From: Myxococcota bacterium
Lineage (GTDB): Bacteria > Myxococcota_A > UBA9160 > UBA4427
Direction: 5' to 3'
Assembly (NCBI GenBank): GCA_965250285.1
Contig: OZ252299.1
Coordinates: 1,920,001-1,984,000, forward strand
Length of the DNA stretch: 64,000 nucleotides
Part shown: piece by piece, positions 50,200 through 59,347 of the stretch
Layout of the letters: the number at the start of each line of letters is the position of its first letter
Position numbering within the stretch: the stretch's first letter is position 1
Notes under the pieces: model-generated
What the model saw: only the letters and a program-made list of their open reading frames with translations
What the model was told of the DNA's origin: nothing
Databases searched by the model: none
Position numbers and translations under genes: made by a program

Positions 50200-51408
50200 A
50201 TGGCAGGCACAGCGGACGCAGGCGAGGTCAACGCGCGCATCGTCTACTGGGGCGTCGAAGGCGGCGGCAAGACCGCCTGCATCGAGACGATTCACGCCAA
50301 GCTGCGCCCGGACCATCGTGGCGAGCTGAAACGCGTGCCGACTCGACTCGACCCCACCGTCGTCTACGACGAGCTGCCCATTGCCCTTGGCAACGTCCAG
50401 GGCGCGCGCACGCAGCTGCAGATCGTCGCCGTCCCCGGTGGTCCCGAGCACGCAGCGACACGCAAGCAGCTCCTCGATCGCGTCGATGGCGTCGTGATCG
50501 TGATCGATGCCGATCCCGCACGTGCCGAAGAGAACGCCTCGTCGGTGGACGAGCTGCGCGACAGCCTTGGCGCGTACGGTCGCTCGCTCGCAGAGATCCC
50601 GTTCGTCGTGCAGTACAACAAGAGCGACCTCGGCGACCCCTACGAGACCGAAGCGCTCCACAAGCGGCTCGGCTTCGGTTCGGCGCCCGTATTCGAGACC
50701 ACGGCGCATCAGGGCCAGGGCGTGCTCCAGGTCTTGTCCACGATCTCGAAGAGCGTGGTCCGCGCGCTTCGCGAAGGGCGAACCGCCGAGGCTGCGACGC
50801 CTGCGGCCCCGCCCCCGCCGCCGGCCACGCCCACGACCACGCCCACGCCCACGCCCACGGCCAAGCCGGTGACCCCGCCGACACCCAGCCCCACGCCCAG
50901 CCCCAAGGCGACGCCGACCCCGGTCGCTGCCGCCGCTGACGACTCGTTGATGGATCCGGGCACACCGCTCGCGATGGACGGCACGGCCGAGCCCGCGACG
51001 CTCGAGCCGATCGCCGAGACGGTGGTCGACCTCGACCTGCCGGGGAGCGCGGAAGTGCTGCTCGAGGCCGAGCCGGTGGGCGCGCCGCCGGCAAGCGATC
51101 CACGCAGCGTCATGGAGGCCGCGATCCTGAGCGAAGGCGCCGGTGTCGCCGAGGCCGACGCCGCCGACGCGGCCGCGAGTGCGACCGAGAACGCATTCGA
51201 TCGCCCCTGGTCCGAGCTCGCCTCGGAGAAGCCGGCACCGGGCGCGCGCTTCGGCGCCGACCTCCGCGTCGTATCCGTCGGCGTGGCCGAGCGGGCCGGA
51301 GACCGCGGCGTCAAGGTGCCGCTCGTACTCGGAAACGACGACGGGGAGACCCTCACGGTGGCGCTCACCGTGCAGCTCGATCCCCTGCTCGAGGACGAGA
51401 CCACATGA
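50200..51408 (+). CDS. MglA-like small GTPase with Pro/Thr linker and C-terminal extension
   Basis: EVNARIVYWG..GGKT, VPG, RK.LL.VDGVV, QYNKSDL are collinear with MglA. Confidence 0.82.
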   Translation: MAGTADAGEVNARIVYWGVEGGGKTACIETIHAKLRPDHRGELKRVPTRLDPTVVYDELPIALGNVQGARTQLQIVAVPGGPEHAATRKQLLDRVDGVVIVIDADPARAEENASSVDELRDSLGAYGRSLAEIPFVVQYNKSDLGDPYETEALHKRLGFGSAPVFETTAHQGQGVLQVLSTISKSVVRALREGRTAEAATPAAPPPPPATPTTTPTPTPTAKPVTPPTPSPTPSPKATPTPVAAAADDSLMDPGTPLAMDGTAEPATLEPIAETVVDLDLPGSAEVLLEAEPVGAPPASDPRSVMEAAILSEGAGVAEADAADAAASATENAFDRPWSELASEKPAPGARFGADLRVVSVGVAERAGDRGVKVPLVLGNDDGETLTVALTVQLDPLLEDETT

Positions 51409-53669
51409 CTCGCCGGCGCGTCGGACTTCACGGCGTCGGCCCCCAGTCGGCGCGCCTGCTGCAGCAGCTCTTCGAGAACCCCGACCTCGAGTGGGTCCGG
51501 CTGTACGACGAGGATCACGACCGGGCCACCGAGGCGCTCGCGGGTGTCGACGTCGCCCTGCTCGAGCGCTGCCGCCCGCTGATCTGCTCACGCTGGGACG
51601 AGTTCGCCGCCGACCCGCCCCTCGATGTCGTCATCGACGAGGGGCATCTGCCGGCGCTGCGCGAGCGCCTCTCGGGCTCGGGCGCGGAGGGTCCCCAGAT
51701 CCTCTCGCCCCAGACGGCGCGCCTGCTCTGGTCGCATGGCCCGCAGCCCGGCGACCGCAAGACCGAGCTGCTCGATGTGCTCGGCGAGATCGTGCGGAGC
51801 GTCGATCTCACCGTCGACGGCAAGGAGCTCTTCGCGCGGATGCTCGAGATCGCGGTGGCCGTGACCGGCGCATCGGGTGGTTCGCTGATGCTGCTGGGCC
51901 CCGAGCGCGACGAACTCTTCATTCAGGTCGCCTTCGGCGTCGAGCCCGAGCTGTGGTCGAAGATCCGCGTGCCGCTGGGCGACGGCATCGCCGGCCAGGT
52001 CGCCGCCGAGGCTCGGCCGATGATCGTCGCGGGCCGCGCCGACGCCGAGCGCTACCGCATCGTGCGGGAGCGTGTCGACGTCGCATCGGCGCTCTGCGTC
52101 CCGCTGGTCCACGACGGCCGCGTCCTCGGCGTGCTCAACCTGCATCATCACACGCGCGCCGATGTGTTCGACGAGCACGACCTCGCGTTCATGGAGGAGC
52201 TGGCCGCGCTCGACGCGGCGATCATCCAGCGCGTGCAGGCCCACGCCGAGCTACGCGCTCAGGCCGCCCGCTACGCCGCGACGCGCGAGGTGCACGCGCT
52301 GCTCGCCGGCCCCGATCCCCTGCCCGAGCGGCTCGCTGCGATCTGCCGCGTCGTGGCCCGCCGACTCGGCGACGGCATCGCCACCCTGTATCTGCCCGAC
52401 GACGCGTCGGACGACGGCCCCTTTGCGCTTGCAGCGAGCTCGCTGCCTGGCGGTCACGCCGGCGCGCGCACGGCCGTCGAGCGGGGCCACGGCCTCGACG
52501 GCGAAGCCGCGCGCACGGGCGAAGCCATTCTGCTGCGCAACGAAGACGGTCGCCTGCGCTACGCCGCCCTGCCCCTGCCGCACGAAGGCCGCACCGAGGG
52601 CGTCCTCGCCGTTCAGGTCGGACACCTGACGGGCGACCCCGACGAGCTCGAGGCGAACCTGCTCGAAGTCGCCGCCGTCATCGCGGACGGCGTCGCTCGG
52701 ACACGCCGCGAGGCCCGCGCTACGGCCCACGCCCTGCGCGTCAGCGCCGCGCACGAGGCGGGGACGCGGCTGCTCGATCACACCGAGCGCGAGACCATCG
52801 CGCACGCGGCGAGCGCCTCGCTGTCGATGCTGCTGGGCGCCGAGCACGTGGTCGTGCGTCTCGAGGATCCGGCGAGCCGACGCTTCCGCATCGACGCCTA
52901 CGTCGGCAGCGCCGACGAAGACGCCCAGTACGCACTGTTCGCCCTCGACAAGGCCGCGACCATCGAGACGATCCGGCGCCGGACGATGCAGCTCGTGCGT
53001 GACCTGCCCGGTCACCCGAAGCTCGGCGCATGGGCGGGTCCGGTCGCTTCGATGATGTCTTCGCCCCTCAAGATCTCGGGGCGCATCGTGGGCACGATCG
53101 CGATCTACGAGAAGCTCGCGGCCGAATCCTTCTTCTCGGGCCGGTTCAACGAGGACGACCTCCAGGTGTTCTCCCACTTCATCGGCAACCTCGAGCGCGC
53201 GCTCGGTCAGGTCTGGCAGCCGACCGACGCGGCCGACGATGCGCTGATCAGATGGCGTGAACGCATCGCCCAGGAGCTGGCCCGTGCATCGAGTCGGCCG
53301 GGCGCGTTGGCGCTGGCGATCTGCTCGATCGACGATCCGCAGCCGCTCCGCGATGCCGGCCCGGAGCATATCGACGAAGCCATGAGGCGGATCGAGTCCG
53401 CACTCGAGCTCGAGCTGCGCAGCTTCGATGCGATGGTCCGGCTCGACGACCACCGCTTCGGCCTGCTGCTCCCCGAGCCGCATCCCGACGCCGGGGCCCA
53501 CGTGCGCAGGTTGGCACACGCCGCGAGCGAGCGCGTGATGCAGCAGGACACACCGGCCGACGCCGCGCGCATCGTTCTCGCGTTCGGCTTCACCGAGAAC
53601 GGACCGAACGAGATGGACGGCGTCGCGCTCGAAGAACGCGCGAGCGAACGCCGCATCGTCATGGTCTAG
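51405..53669 (+). CDS. Multi-GAF protein with degenerate C-terminal GGDEF domain
   Basis: GAF motifs (GIAGQVA..P, CVPL..GRVLGVLNL; SSPL..GRIVGTI); C-terminal LRSFD.MVRLDDHRFGLLLP. Confidence 0.75.
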   Translation: MTRRRVGLHGVGPQSARLLQQLFENPDLEWVRLYDEDHDRATEALAGVDVALLERCRPLICSRWDEFAADPPLDVVIDEGHLPALRERLSGSGAEGPQILSPQTARLLWSHGPQPGDRKTELLDVLGEIVRSVDLTVDGKELFARMLEIAVAVTGASGGSLMLLGPERDELFIQVAFGVEPELWSKIRVPLGDGIAGQVAAEARPMIVAGRADAERYRIVRERVDVASALCVPLVHDGRVLGVLNLHHHTRADVFDEHDLAFMEELAALDAAIIQRVQAHAELRAQAARYAATREVHALLAGPDPLPERLAAICRVVARRLGDGIATLYLPDDASDDGPFALAASSLPGGHAGARTAVERGHGLDGEAARTGEAILLRNEDGRLRYAALPLPHEGRTEGVLAVQVGHLTGDPDELEANLLEVAAVIADGVARTRREARATAHALRVSAAHEAGTRLLDHTERETIAHAASASLSMLLGAEHVVVRLEDPASRRFRIDAYVGSADEDAQYALFALDKAATIETIRRRTMQLVRDLPGHPKLGAWAGPVASMMSSPLKISGRIVGTIAIYEKLAAESFFSGRFNEDDLQVFSHFIGNLERALGQVWQPTDAADDALIRWRERIAQELARASSRPGALALAICSIDDPQPLRDAGPEHIDEAMRRIESALELELRSFDAMVRLDDHRFGLLLPEPHPDAGAHVRRLAHAASERVMQQDTPADAARIVLAFGFTENGPNEMDGVALEERASERRIVMV

Positions 53670-53697
53670 ACGAGCGCCCGGGCCCGGCCGTGCCGCC

Positions 53698-54807
53698 TCA
53701 GCCGAGCAGCGTCTCGGCGGGCACGTACTCGAGACCGAACGCGTCGGCCACGCCCTCACAGTGGATGCGGCCGTCCCACACATTGAGCCCCCGGGCCAGT
53801 GCCGCGTCGTCGCGAAGCGCCGACTCGAGGCCCTCGCCCGCCAGCGCGTGCACATAGGGCAGCGTCGTGTTGGTCAGCGCGAAGGTCGACGTGCGCGGTA
53901 CGGCACCCGGCATGTTCGCCACGCCATAGTGCACGACGTCATGCACGCGGTAGGTCGGATTCGAATGCGTCGTGGGGTGGATCGTCTCGATGCAGCCGCC
54001 TTGATCGACCGCGACGTCGACGACGACCGAGCCCGGCTCCATCGCCTCGATCATGCGTTCGTCGACCAGGGTCGGCGCGCGACGGCCATGGGTGTAGACC
54101 GCGCCGATCACCAGGTCGCTCGTCTTCACCGAACGTTCGATGTTGGTCGGATTCGAGTAGAGGGTGTTCAGCTCACCGCGAAACAGATCGTAGACGTACG
54201 TCAGGCGCTTGAGATCGACGTCGAACACGTCGACTTCGGCACCGAGGGCGTGCGCGACGCGCAATGCGTTGATGCCCACGATGCCGGCGCCGAGCACCGT
54301 CACGCGCCCGCGCGGCACTCCGGGCACGCCGCCGAGCAGCAGTCCCTTGCCGCCTTGATCGGCGCGCAGCAGGTTGGCGCCAATCTGTCCCGCGAGTCGA
54401 CCCGCGACCTCGCTCATCGGTGCCAGGATCGGAAACGCGCCGTCTGGCTGTTGGACCGTCTCGTACGCGATCGCCGCCACGCCGCTCGCCTGGAGCGAGA
54501 CGGTCAGCTCACGGTTGGCGGCGAGATGCAGGTACGTGAAGAGCACCTGCCCGCGCTGCAGGCGCTCGACCTCGTCGAGATTCGGATCCTTCACCTTGAC
54601 GACGAGGGGGGCCTGCCAGGCTGCGTCCGGATCGACGATCTGCGCGCCCGCATCGTGGTACGCCGCGTCGTCGAACCCGCTGCCGAGCCCGGCGCCGGTC
54701 TCGATCACCACCTCGTGGCCCCCGGCCACGAGGCTGCGCACGCCGTCGGGGACGACCCCGACCCGCGCCTCGCGATCGCGTGTCTCCTTCGGCACACCGA
54801 TTTGCAT
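53698..54807 (-). CDS. ald: Alanine dehydrogenase
   Basis: [46 protein letters not shown]. Confidence 0.96.
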   Translation of the reverse strand: MQIGVPKETRDREARVGVVPDGVRSLVAGGHEVVIETGAGLGSGFDDAAYHDAGAQIVDPDAAWQAPLVVKVKDPNLDEVERLQRGQVLFTYLHLAANRELTVSLQASGVAAIAYETVQQPDGAFPILAPMSEVAGRLAGQIGANLLRADQGGKGLLLGGVPGVPRGRVTVLGAGIVGINALRVAHALGAEVDVFDVDLKRLTYVYDLFRGELNTLYSNPTNIERSVKTSDLVIGAVYTHGRRAPTLVDERMIEAMEPGSVVVDVAVDQGGCIETIHPTTHSNPTYRVHDVVHYGVANMPGAVPRTSTFALTNTTLPYVHALAGEGLESALRDDAALARGLNVWDGRIHCEGVADAFGLEYVPAETLLG

Positions 54808-54868
54808 CGCGGCCTCTCTCGAGCGAAAGGACCGGGCGGGCGCTCGATGCGCGCCCGCCCGGTCCGGC

Positions 54869-56134
54869 TCAGCTCTTGTACGCCTCGATCAGGATGTCCG
54901 AGGTCTCGGGGCGCATGATGCGCTCGTCGGGGCGATCGCCGCCCTTGAGCTGCTCACGCACCTTCGTGCCGCTGATCGAGAACGGCTTCTCGTCGGGGTG
55001 GCGCTCGGTGAGATCGACGCGACCGAGCGACTCGTAGTAGGCCGCAAAGCCGACCTTGCAGGGCTGGATGTGCAGCTCGCCCGCGAGGTTGTCGAAGATC
55101 TCGTGCGCATCGAAGTCGCCCCAGATGGCCTCGCCGTCTTCGAACGGGGCGTCGGCGTGCTTGCGGCCGATCACGATGTCACTGAACCCGTAGTTCTGAC
55201 GATAGATGCCGTGCATCACCGCCTCCTTGGGGCCGCCGTAGAACATCTTGATGTCGAGACCGATCAGCTCGAAGATTTCGCTGATGTCGTAGCCGGCCTT
55301 GTCCCAGATCGCCTCGTCCTTGTCACCCTGGCCGAGCAGCGCCTTCTCTTTCAACGCGTGGTAGCAGGCCATGCGAGTCGTCGCGGGAACGTCGTCCCCC
55401 TTGAGCTCACCGACGAGCGGGTTCAGCACCGCGCCCGTGAAGTGCCCCGCCGCCGTCAGCGACTCGACGCCGTACACGAGCGCATACTCGTGGGCGCGGT
55501 GCAGCGGGTTGCGCGTCTGGAACGCGAGCGCGCGCTCCCACTTCCGATCACGAATCAGGGCGCGCACCATGCGCGGCGAGAGCATGTACTCGCCGTACTC
55601 GGGGTTCACCGGCTGCGGCAGCGCGCGCAGGTAGCCACCGATCAGCTGGCTGCGCGGATCGTTCTCGACCATGCGGCCGCCCGGGTGATCCATGCGATCG
55701 GTGCCGTAGACGCTCTTCACGTACTTGGCCTTGTCCCACGGGTAGACCTCGACGTCGGAGACGATGGCGATGATGTCACCGGCCTCGTTGACGATCGCCG
55801 CCGAGCTCCCGGCGGGCAGCTGTGCGGCCTCTTCGTCCGTGACCGGCAGGGCCAGCGGGATGGTCCATGCGTAGAGCTTGCCTTCGAACTCGATCGCGCC
55901 GTCGTCGAGGCTGCGGTTCCAGGCGTTCGCGTACATCGGGCCTTCGAGGGGCGACAGCGCCCCGTCGGCGATGCGGTAGACGGTCGACAGGTCGGCGGCG
56001 GTGACCGCCACGCGAGGCAGCTGCTCGGCCTCGGCGAGGAAGGCCGCCCGCTCGCTCAGCGGGACGACCCGGTCGACGGGCTCGGCGAGACCGCCGTGAA
56101 CGGGAACCAGATCGGATGCCACTTTCGTACTCAT
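54869..56134 (-). CDS. sat: Sulfate adenylyltransferase (Sat-type ATP sulfurylase)
   Basis: [49 protein letters not shown]. Confidence 0.93.
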   Translation of the reverse strand: MSTKVASDLVPVHGGLAEPVDRVVPLSERAAFLAEAEQLPRVAVTAADLSTVYRIADGALSPLEGPMYANAWNRSLDDGAIEFEGKLYAWTIPLALPVTDEEAAQLPAGSSAAIVNEAGDIIAIVSDVEVYPWDKAKYVKSVYGTDRMDHPGGRMVENDPRSQLIGGYLRALPQPVNPEYGEYMLSPRMVRALIRDRKWERALAFQTRNPLHRAHEYALVYGVESLTAAGHFTGAVLNPLVGELKGDDVPATTRMACYHALKEKALLGQGDKDEAIWDKAGYDISEIFELIGLDIKMFYGGPKEAVMHGIYRQNYGFSDIVIGRKHADAPFEDGEAIWGDFDAHEIFDNLAGELHIQPCKVGFAAYYESLGRVDLTERHPDEKPFSISGTKVREQLKGGDRPDERIMRPETSDILIEAYKS

Positions 56135-56277
56135 CTTGACTTCTCTCTACCTCGCTCGTCCGAGGCACTGTCGAGGCGCGGTCGCTGCCTCGGTGGTTGA
56201 ATCGTCGTCGCGAGGGCCAATCCCTCGCCAGGTCGCCGCCCGGCCATCGCGGGCGGCTCGAAATCGGTCTCGGCCGG

Positions 56278-57348
56278 TCACCAGACCGGCCAGGCGGCGC
56301 CCCCTTCCCCGAGCAGGATCCGATCGCCACTGCCATCGATCCTGCGGATGTAGAGTCGTTCGATGCCGTCGTCGCCGGGCGAGATGTAGACCACGTGGCG
56401 CCCGTCGGGGGAGACCGCGGGGTTTCGCTCGTCGCGAATCGAGCTGCCGAGCCGGGCCCGACCGCCCCCCTCGATCCGCATGCGCATGAGCCGCCAGCCT
56501 TCCGGGGTCTCCGTCGTGAAGACGAGCCCCGAGCCGTCGGGCAGAAAGGCGGGCTCTCGCCCCCGTGCGAGCACCACCGGCTCGGGGCCGAGCCGCGGCG
56601 GCTGCGAGACGATGGTCGACAGGTCGCGCTGCTGGCCCGTGCGGGGCGGCCGATTGACCGCCCGGACGTAGACCACCTGCTTGCCGTCGGGCGCGAAGCG
56701 TGGCCCCGACGGGTAGGCGGCGTCGACCACCGGTTCGGGGTGCGCCCCATGGTCGTCGGTCACCACCATGCCCGCAGACGTGCGGCCCGCGCGCTGCTCG
56801 ACGAACGTGATCACCATCGCGCCCGCATGGTCGTAGTCGGCCTCGAGGTGCATGCGGGGACCGCGCGTGACCGCCCTCAGCTCGGCCTCGTCGAGATCGT
56901 ATTCGTAGATCTGGAACCCGCGCTCGAGGTGACCACTGGTGAAGAGCAGCCGGCGGCGATCGGGCGACCAGGCGAGCGGGCGCGCGTTCACGGGCGCGCC
57001 CTCGAAGCGGGTCAGCTCACCGGTGCGCGGGTTCAGCAACGTCACGCGCCCGGGAAACCGACCGAGCCCTTCGGCCGACGCCGGGTCGCGGCCGAAGAGC
57101 GATGCCAGCCCTTCGGCCGTCGCCACGCCGATGCGACTTGGTGAGGCCGAGCTGCGTCCGGATCGCGACTCTTCGATCAGCTCCTGGCGACGCCGCGCGT
57201 CCTCGGGACTCCAGTGCACGAAGGCAATCGGCGAGTCGCTGACCTCGTCGAGCGAGAGCCCGCCCATCGAGCTCGCGCAGCCGATCCCGGTCAGGACGCC
57301 GCTCGCGAGCGCGAGCGCGCCGATGCTGCGAACCCAGCGGCGGATCAT
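56278..57348 (-). CDS. TolB-like beta-propeller (PD40 repeat) lipoprotein
   Basis: Lipobox-like LTGIGC; WSPD, FAPDG, FLPDG, VSPDG repeats. Confidence 0.8.
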   Translation of the reverse strand: MIRRWVRSIGALALASGVLTGIGCASSMGGLSLDEVSDSPIAFVHWSPEDARRRQELIEESRSGRSSASPSRIGVATAEGLASLFGRDPASAEGLGRFPGRVTLLNPRTGELTRFEGAPVNARPLAWSPDRRRLLFTSGHLERGFQIYEYDLDEAELRAVTRGPRMHLEADYDHAGAMVITFVEQRAGRTSAGMVVTDDHGAHPEPVVDAAYPSGPRFAPDGKQVVYVRAVNRPPRTGQQRDLSTIVSQPPRLGPEPVVLARGREPAFLPDGSGLVFTTETPEGWRLMRMRIEGGGRARLGSSIRDERNPAVSPDGRHVVYISPGDDGIERLYIRRIDGSGDRILLGEGGAAWPVW

Positions 57349-57857
57349 TCGTCGGCGACCTCGATCACGCGCCCGCCGTTGCGATCGAACTCGCCGCGCT
57401 TCGGATCGAACAAGAAGAGACCGGCGCCCTCGACGGCCTCACCGAGCACCGACACGACGATCTGCGCGACGCCCGGGAACGGGAAGAGCGGGTGCTCGGC
57501 GAACGCCACATCGTCGTCGCTCAGATAGACGTCGCTGCCCACGTGCGAGTGATACGCGGTCGTCACGCCGCGGCCGTTCTCTTCGGCACTGCGCGCGACC
57601 TCGATCACCTCGGCCTCGTTCATGTAGAAGGCCTGGTGGTTGTCGCGCGGAAAGGCGACCGGATCCTGGGCATGCATCTTCGTCATCGTGTTCGTGATGC
57701 GGTGCACCGTGGTGAACGGATTCGCCTCGGTCCCCGTAATCAATCCACAGCACTCTTCGGGCGCGGCATCGCGCGCGTGGGCGTACAGCTCCATCATGAT
57801 CCGCCCCGGGATGATCGCGGGGGCCAGGCTGGGGTTCAGCTCGATGCTGCGGCCCAT
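57345..57857 (-). CDS. JAB/MPN (JAMM) metallopeptidase, Mec-like
   Basis: PEECCGLI and YHSHVGSDVYLSDDD (HxH-x7-S-x2-D). Confidence 0.9.
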   Translation of the reverse strand: MGRSIELNPSLAPAIIPGRIMMELYAHARDAAPEECCGLITGTEANPFTTVHRITNTMTKMHAQDPVAFPRDNHQAFYMNEAEVIEVARSAEENGRGVTTAYHSHVGSDVYLSDDDVAFAEHPLFPFPGVAQIVVSVLGEAVEGAGLFLFDPKRGEFDRNGGRVIEVADE

Positions 57858-58091
57858 GGTCCATCGCTCACGATTCGAGGTCGGGCGGAAGCCGCCCCCG
57901 GCGCTCGGCTGCGGCAGCCGCTGCCGATCGACAGGTGCGCGATCGCGTGCGGCCCGCTCCGGTGCGGTGGCAGTCTCGACGCCGCCATTCCGAAGCCCAC
58001 CCTGCATGCCCTCCGGGGGCACTGCCGACGGAGTCTACGAGAGAACCGAAACGATGGCGAGCCCCGGATGGCTGCACCCGAGCGCTGTCCT

Positions 58092-58148
58092 GCGCCGAGC
58101 GCACCATGCGGCGCCGAGCGCACCATGCGGCGCCGAGCGCACCATGCG
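58092..58148. repeat. Perfect 19-bp tandem repeat x3
   Basis: GCGCCGAGCGCACCATGCG at 58092, 58111 and 58130. Confidence 0.95.
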
Positions 58149-58220
58149 GCGGCGTGCGCGCCCCGCGGCGGCGCCTGCGCCGACTCAGGTCTCGTCCCAT
58201 GCGGCGCCGCGAACGCCGGC

Positions 58221-58730
58221 TCAGATCTCGTAGCTGTACGCGTCGTGGCTCGCCCGGGGCACCGCCTCGCGCGCAGCGACACGGCACAGCTCGGCGACGG
58301 TCACGTCTTCGAGGCAATCGGCGAAGCGGCGACCGAGCACCGGCCAGATGAAGTCGGGCCGGTGGGCCGCAGCCTGATCGGTGGCCGGGTCGACATCGAC
58401 CCGCGCCGCTTCGTCGGCCGCGGCGTCGTCTACGACGCGGCCCGCTTCGTTGGGCGCTGCGCCCGTCACGAGCGGGCCCTCGACGGCCTCGACGATCTCG
58501 AGCAGCGTAATCTCGGCAGGATCGCGAGCGAGGACGTAGCCACCGCCCGGTCCTCGCTTGCCCTTCACGATGCGCGCGCGCCGCAGCCGCTGGAAGATCT
58601 GCTCGAGATAGCGCGTCGGAATGCCCTGGCGTTCGCCGATCACGCGCACCTGCACGGGCTTCTCGAAGCCGTTGTACGCGACGTCGAAGACGCCGCTCAC
58701 CGCGTAGTAGACCTGCAGAGAAAAGCGCAT
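58221..58730 (-). CDS. Rrf2-family transcriptional regulator (CymR/IscR-like)
   Basis: IGERQGIPTRYLEQIF..L, GKRGPGGGYVLA, ITLLEIVEAVEG. Confidence 0.92.
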   Translation of the reverse strand: MRFSLQVYYAVSGVFDVAYNGFEKPVQVRVIGERQGIPTRYLEQIFQRLRRARIVKGKRGPGGGYVLARDPAEITLLEIVEAVEGPLVTGAAPNEAGRVVDDAAADEAARVDVDPATDQAAAHRPDFIWPVLGRRFADCLEDVTVAELCRVAAREAVPRASHDAYSYEI

Positions 58731-58820
58731 ACTCGGGTCGAGAATGCCCGAAGCCCGCAGCGGCAGCAATGGAGCCAGCCACCCGGCGCGCGAAGCCGCG
58801 TCCGAGAGGATTCAGCGGTC

Positions 58821-59258
58821 ATGCCCGAAGCCCCGACCCGACCCGACGCGACGGCCGGCAGCGAGCCGAGTTCGCTCGACGGGCTGCACCGCCAGATCCA
58901 CCGCACGTTCCTGGGCGCGATCGCAGTGTCGGCCGTCGCGGCCGCCGTTTCGGGCTTCGCCGACACCGAACCGGCACTGTCACAGTCGACGACCTTCGCC
59001 GCCATCGCGCTCGGCCTCGGCTGCGTCATCCTGCGTCGGCTCTCGACGTCGCCGATGATCGGGGCCCGCGCCGAGCTGCGGCTCGATGTCGCAGGGCTGG
59101 CCTGCGGCGCCGGGCTCGCCCTGCTCGGGGCGTTCATCGCCTGGGATCAGGAGGCTGCGCGCACGGGTCTCGCCTACTGCGGCGGCGCATTCATCCTGTC
59201 GGCCCGCCCGCCGATCCCGTCCCATCGCCGCGTGCGCAGGCGCCGCCTCGACGAGTGA
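58821..59258 (+). CDS. Hypothetical membrane protein (about 4 TM)
   Basis: Hydrophobic helices, GAGGA upstream, fills the gap before ABC-F. Confidence 0.55.
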   Translation: MPEAPTRPDATAGSEPSSLDGLHRQIHRTFLGAIAVSAVAAAVSGFADTEPALSQSTTFAAIALGLGCVILRRLSTSPMIGARAELRLDVAGLACGAGLALLGAFIAWDQEAARTGLAYCGGAFILSARPPIPSHRRVRRRRLDE

Positions 59259-59347
59259 GGCGACCCGGCCGGCGCGCCGCAAACGCAACCGGCTCCGGCT
59301 CACTCCCCATTGGACCATCGCGAGCCGGACCCGTAGATTCCCGCCCC

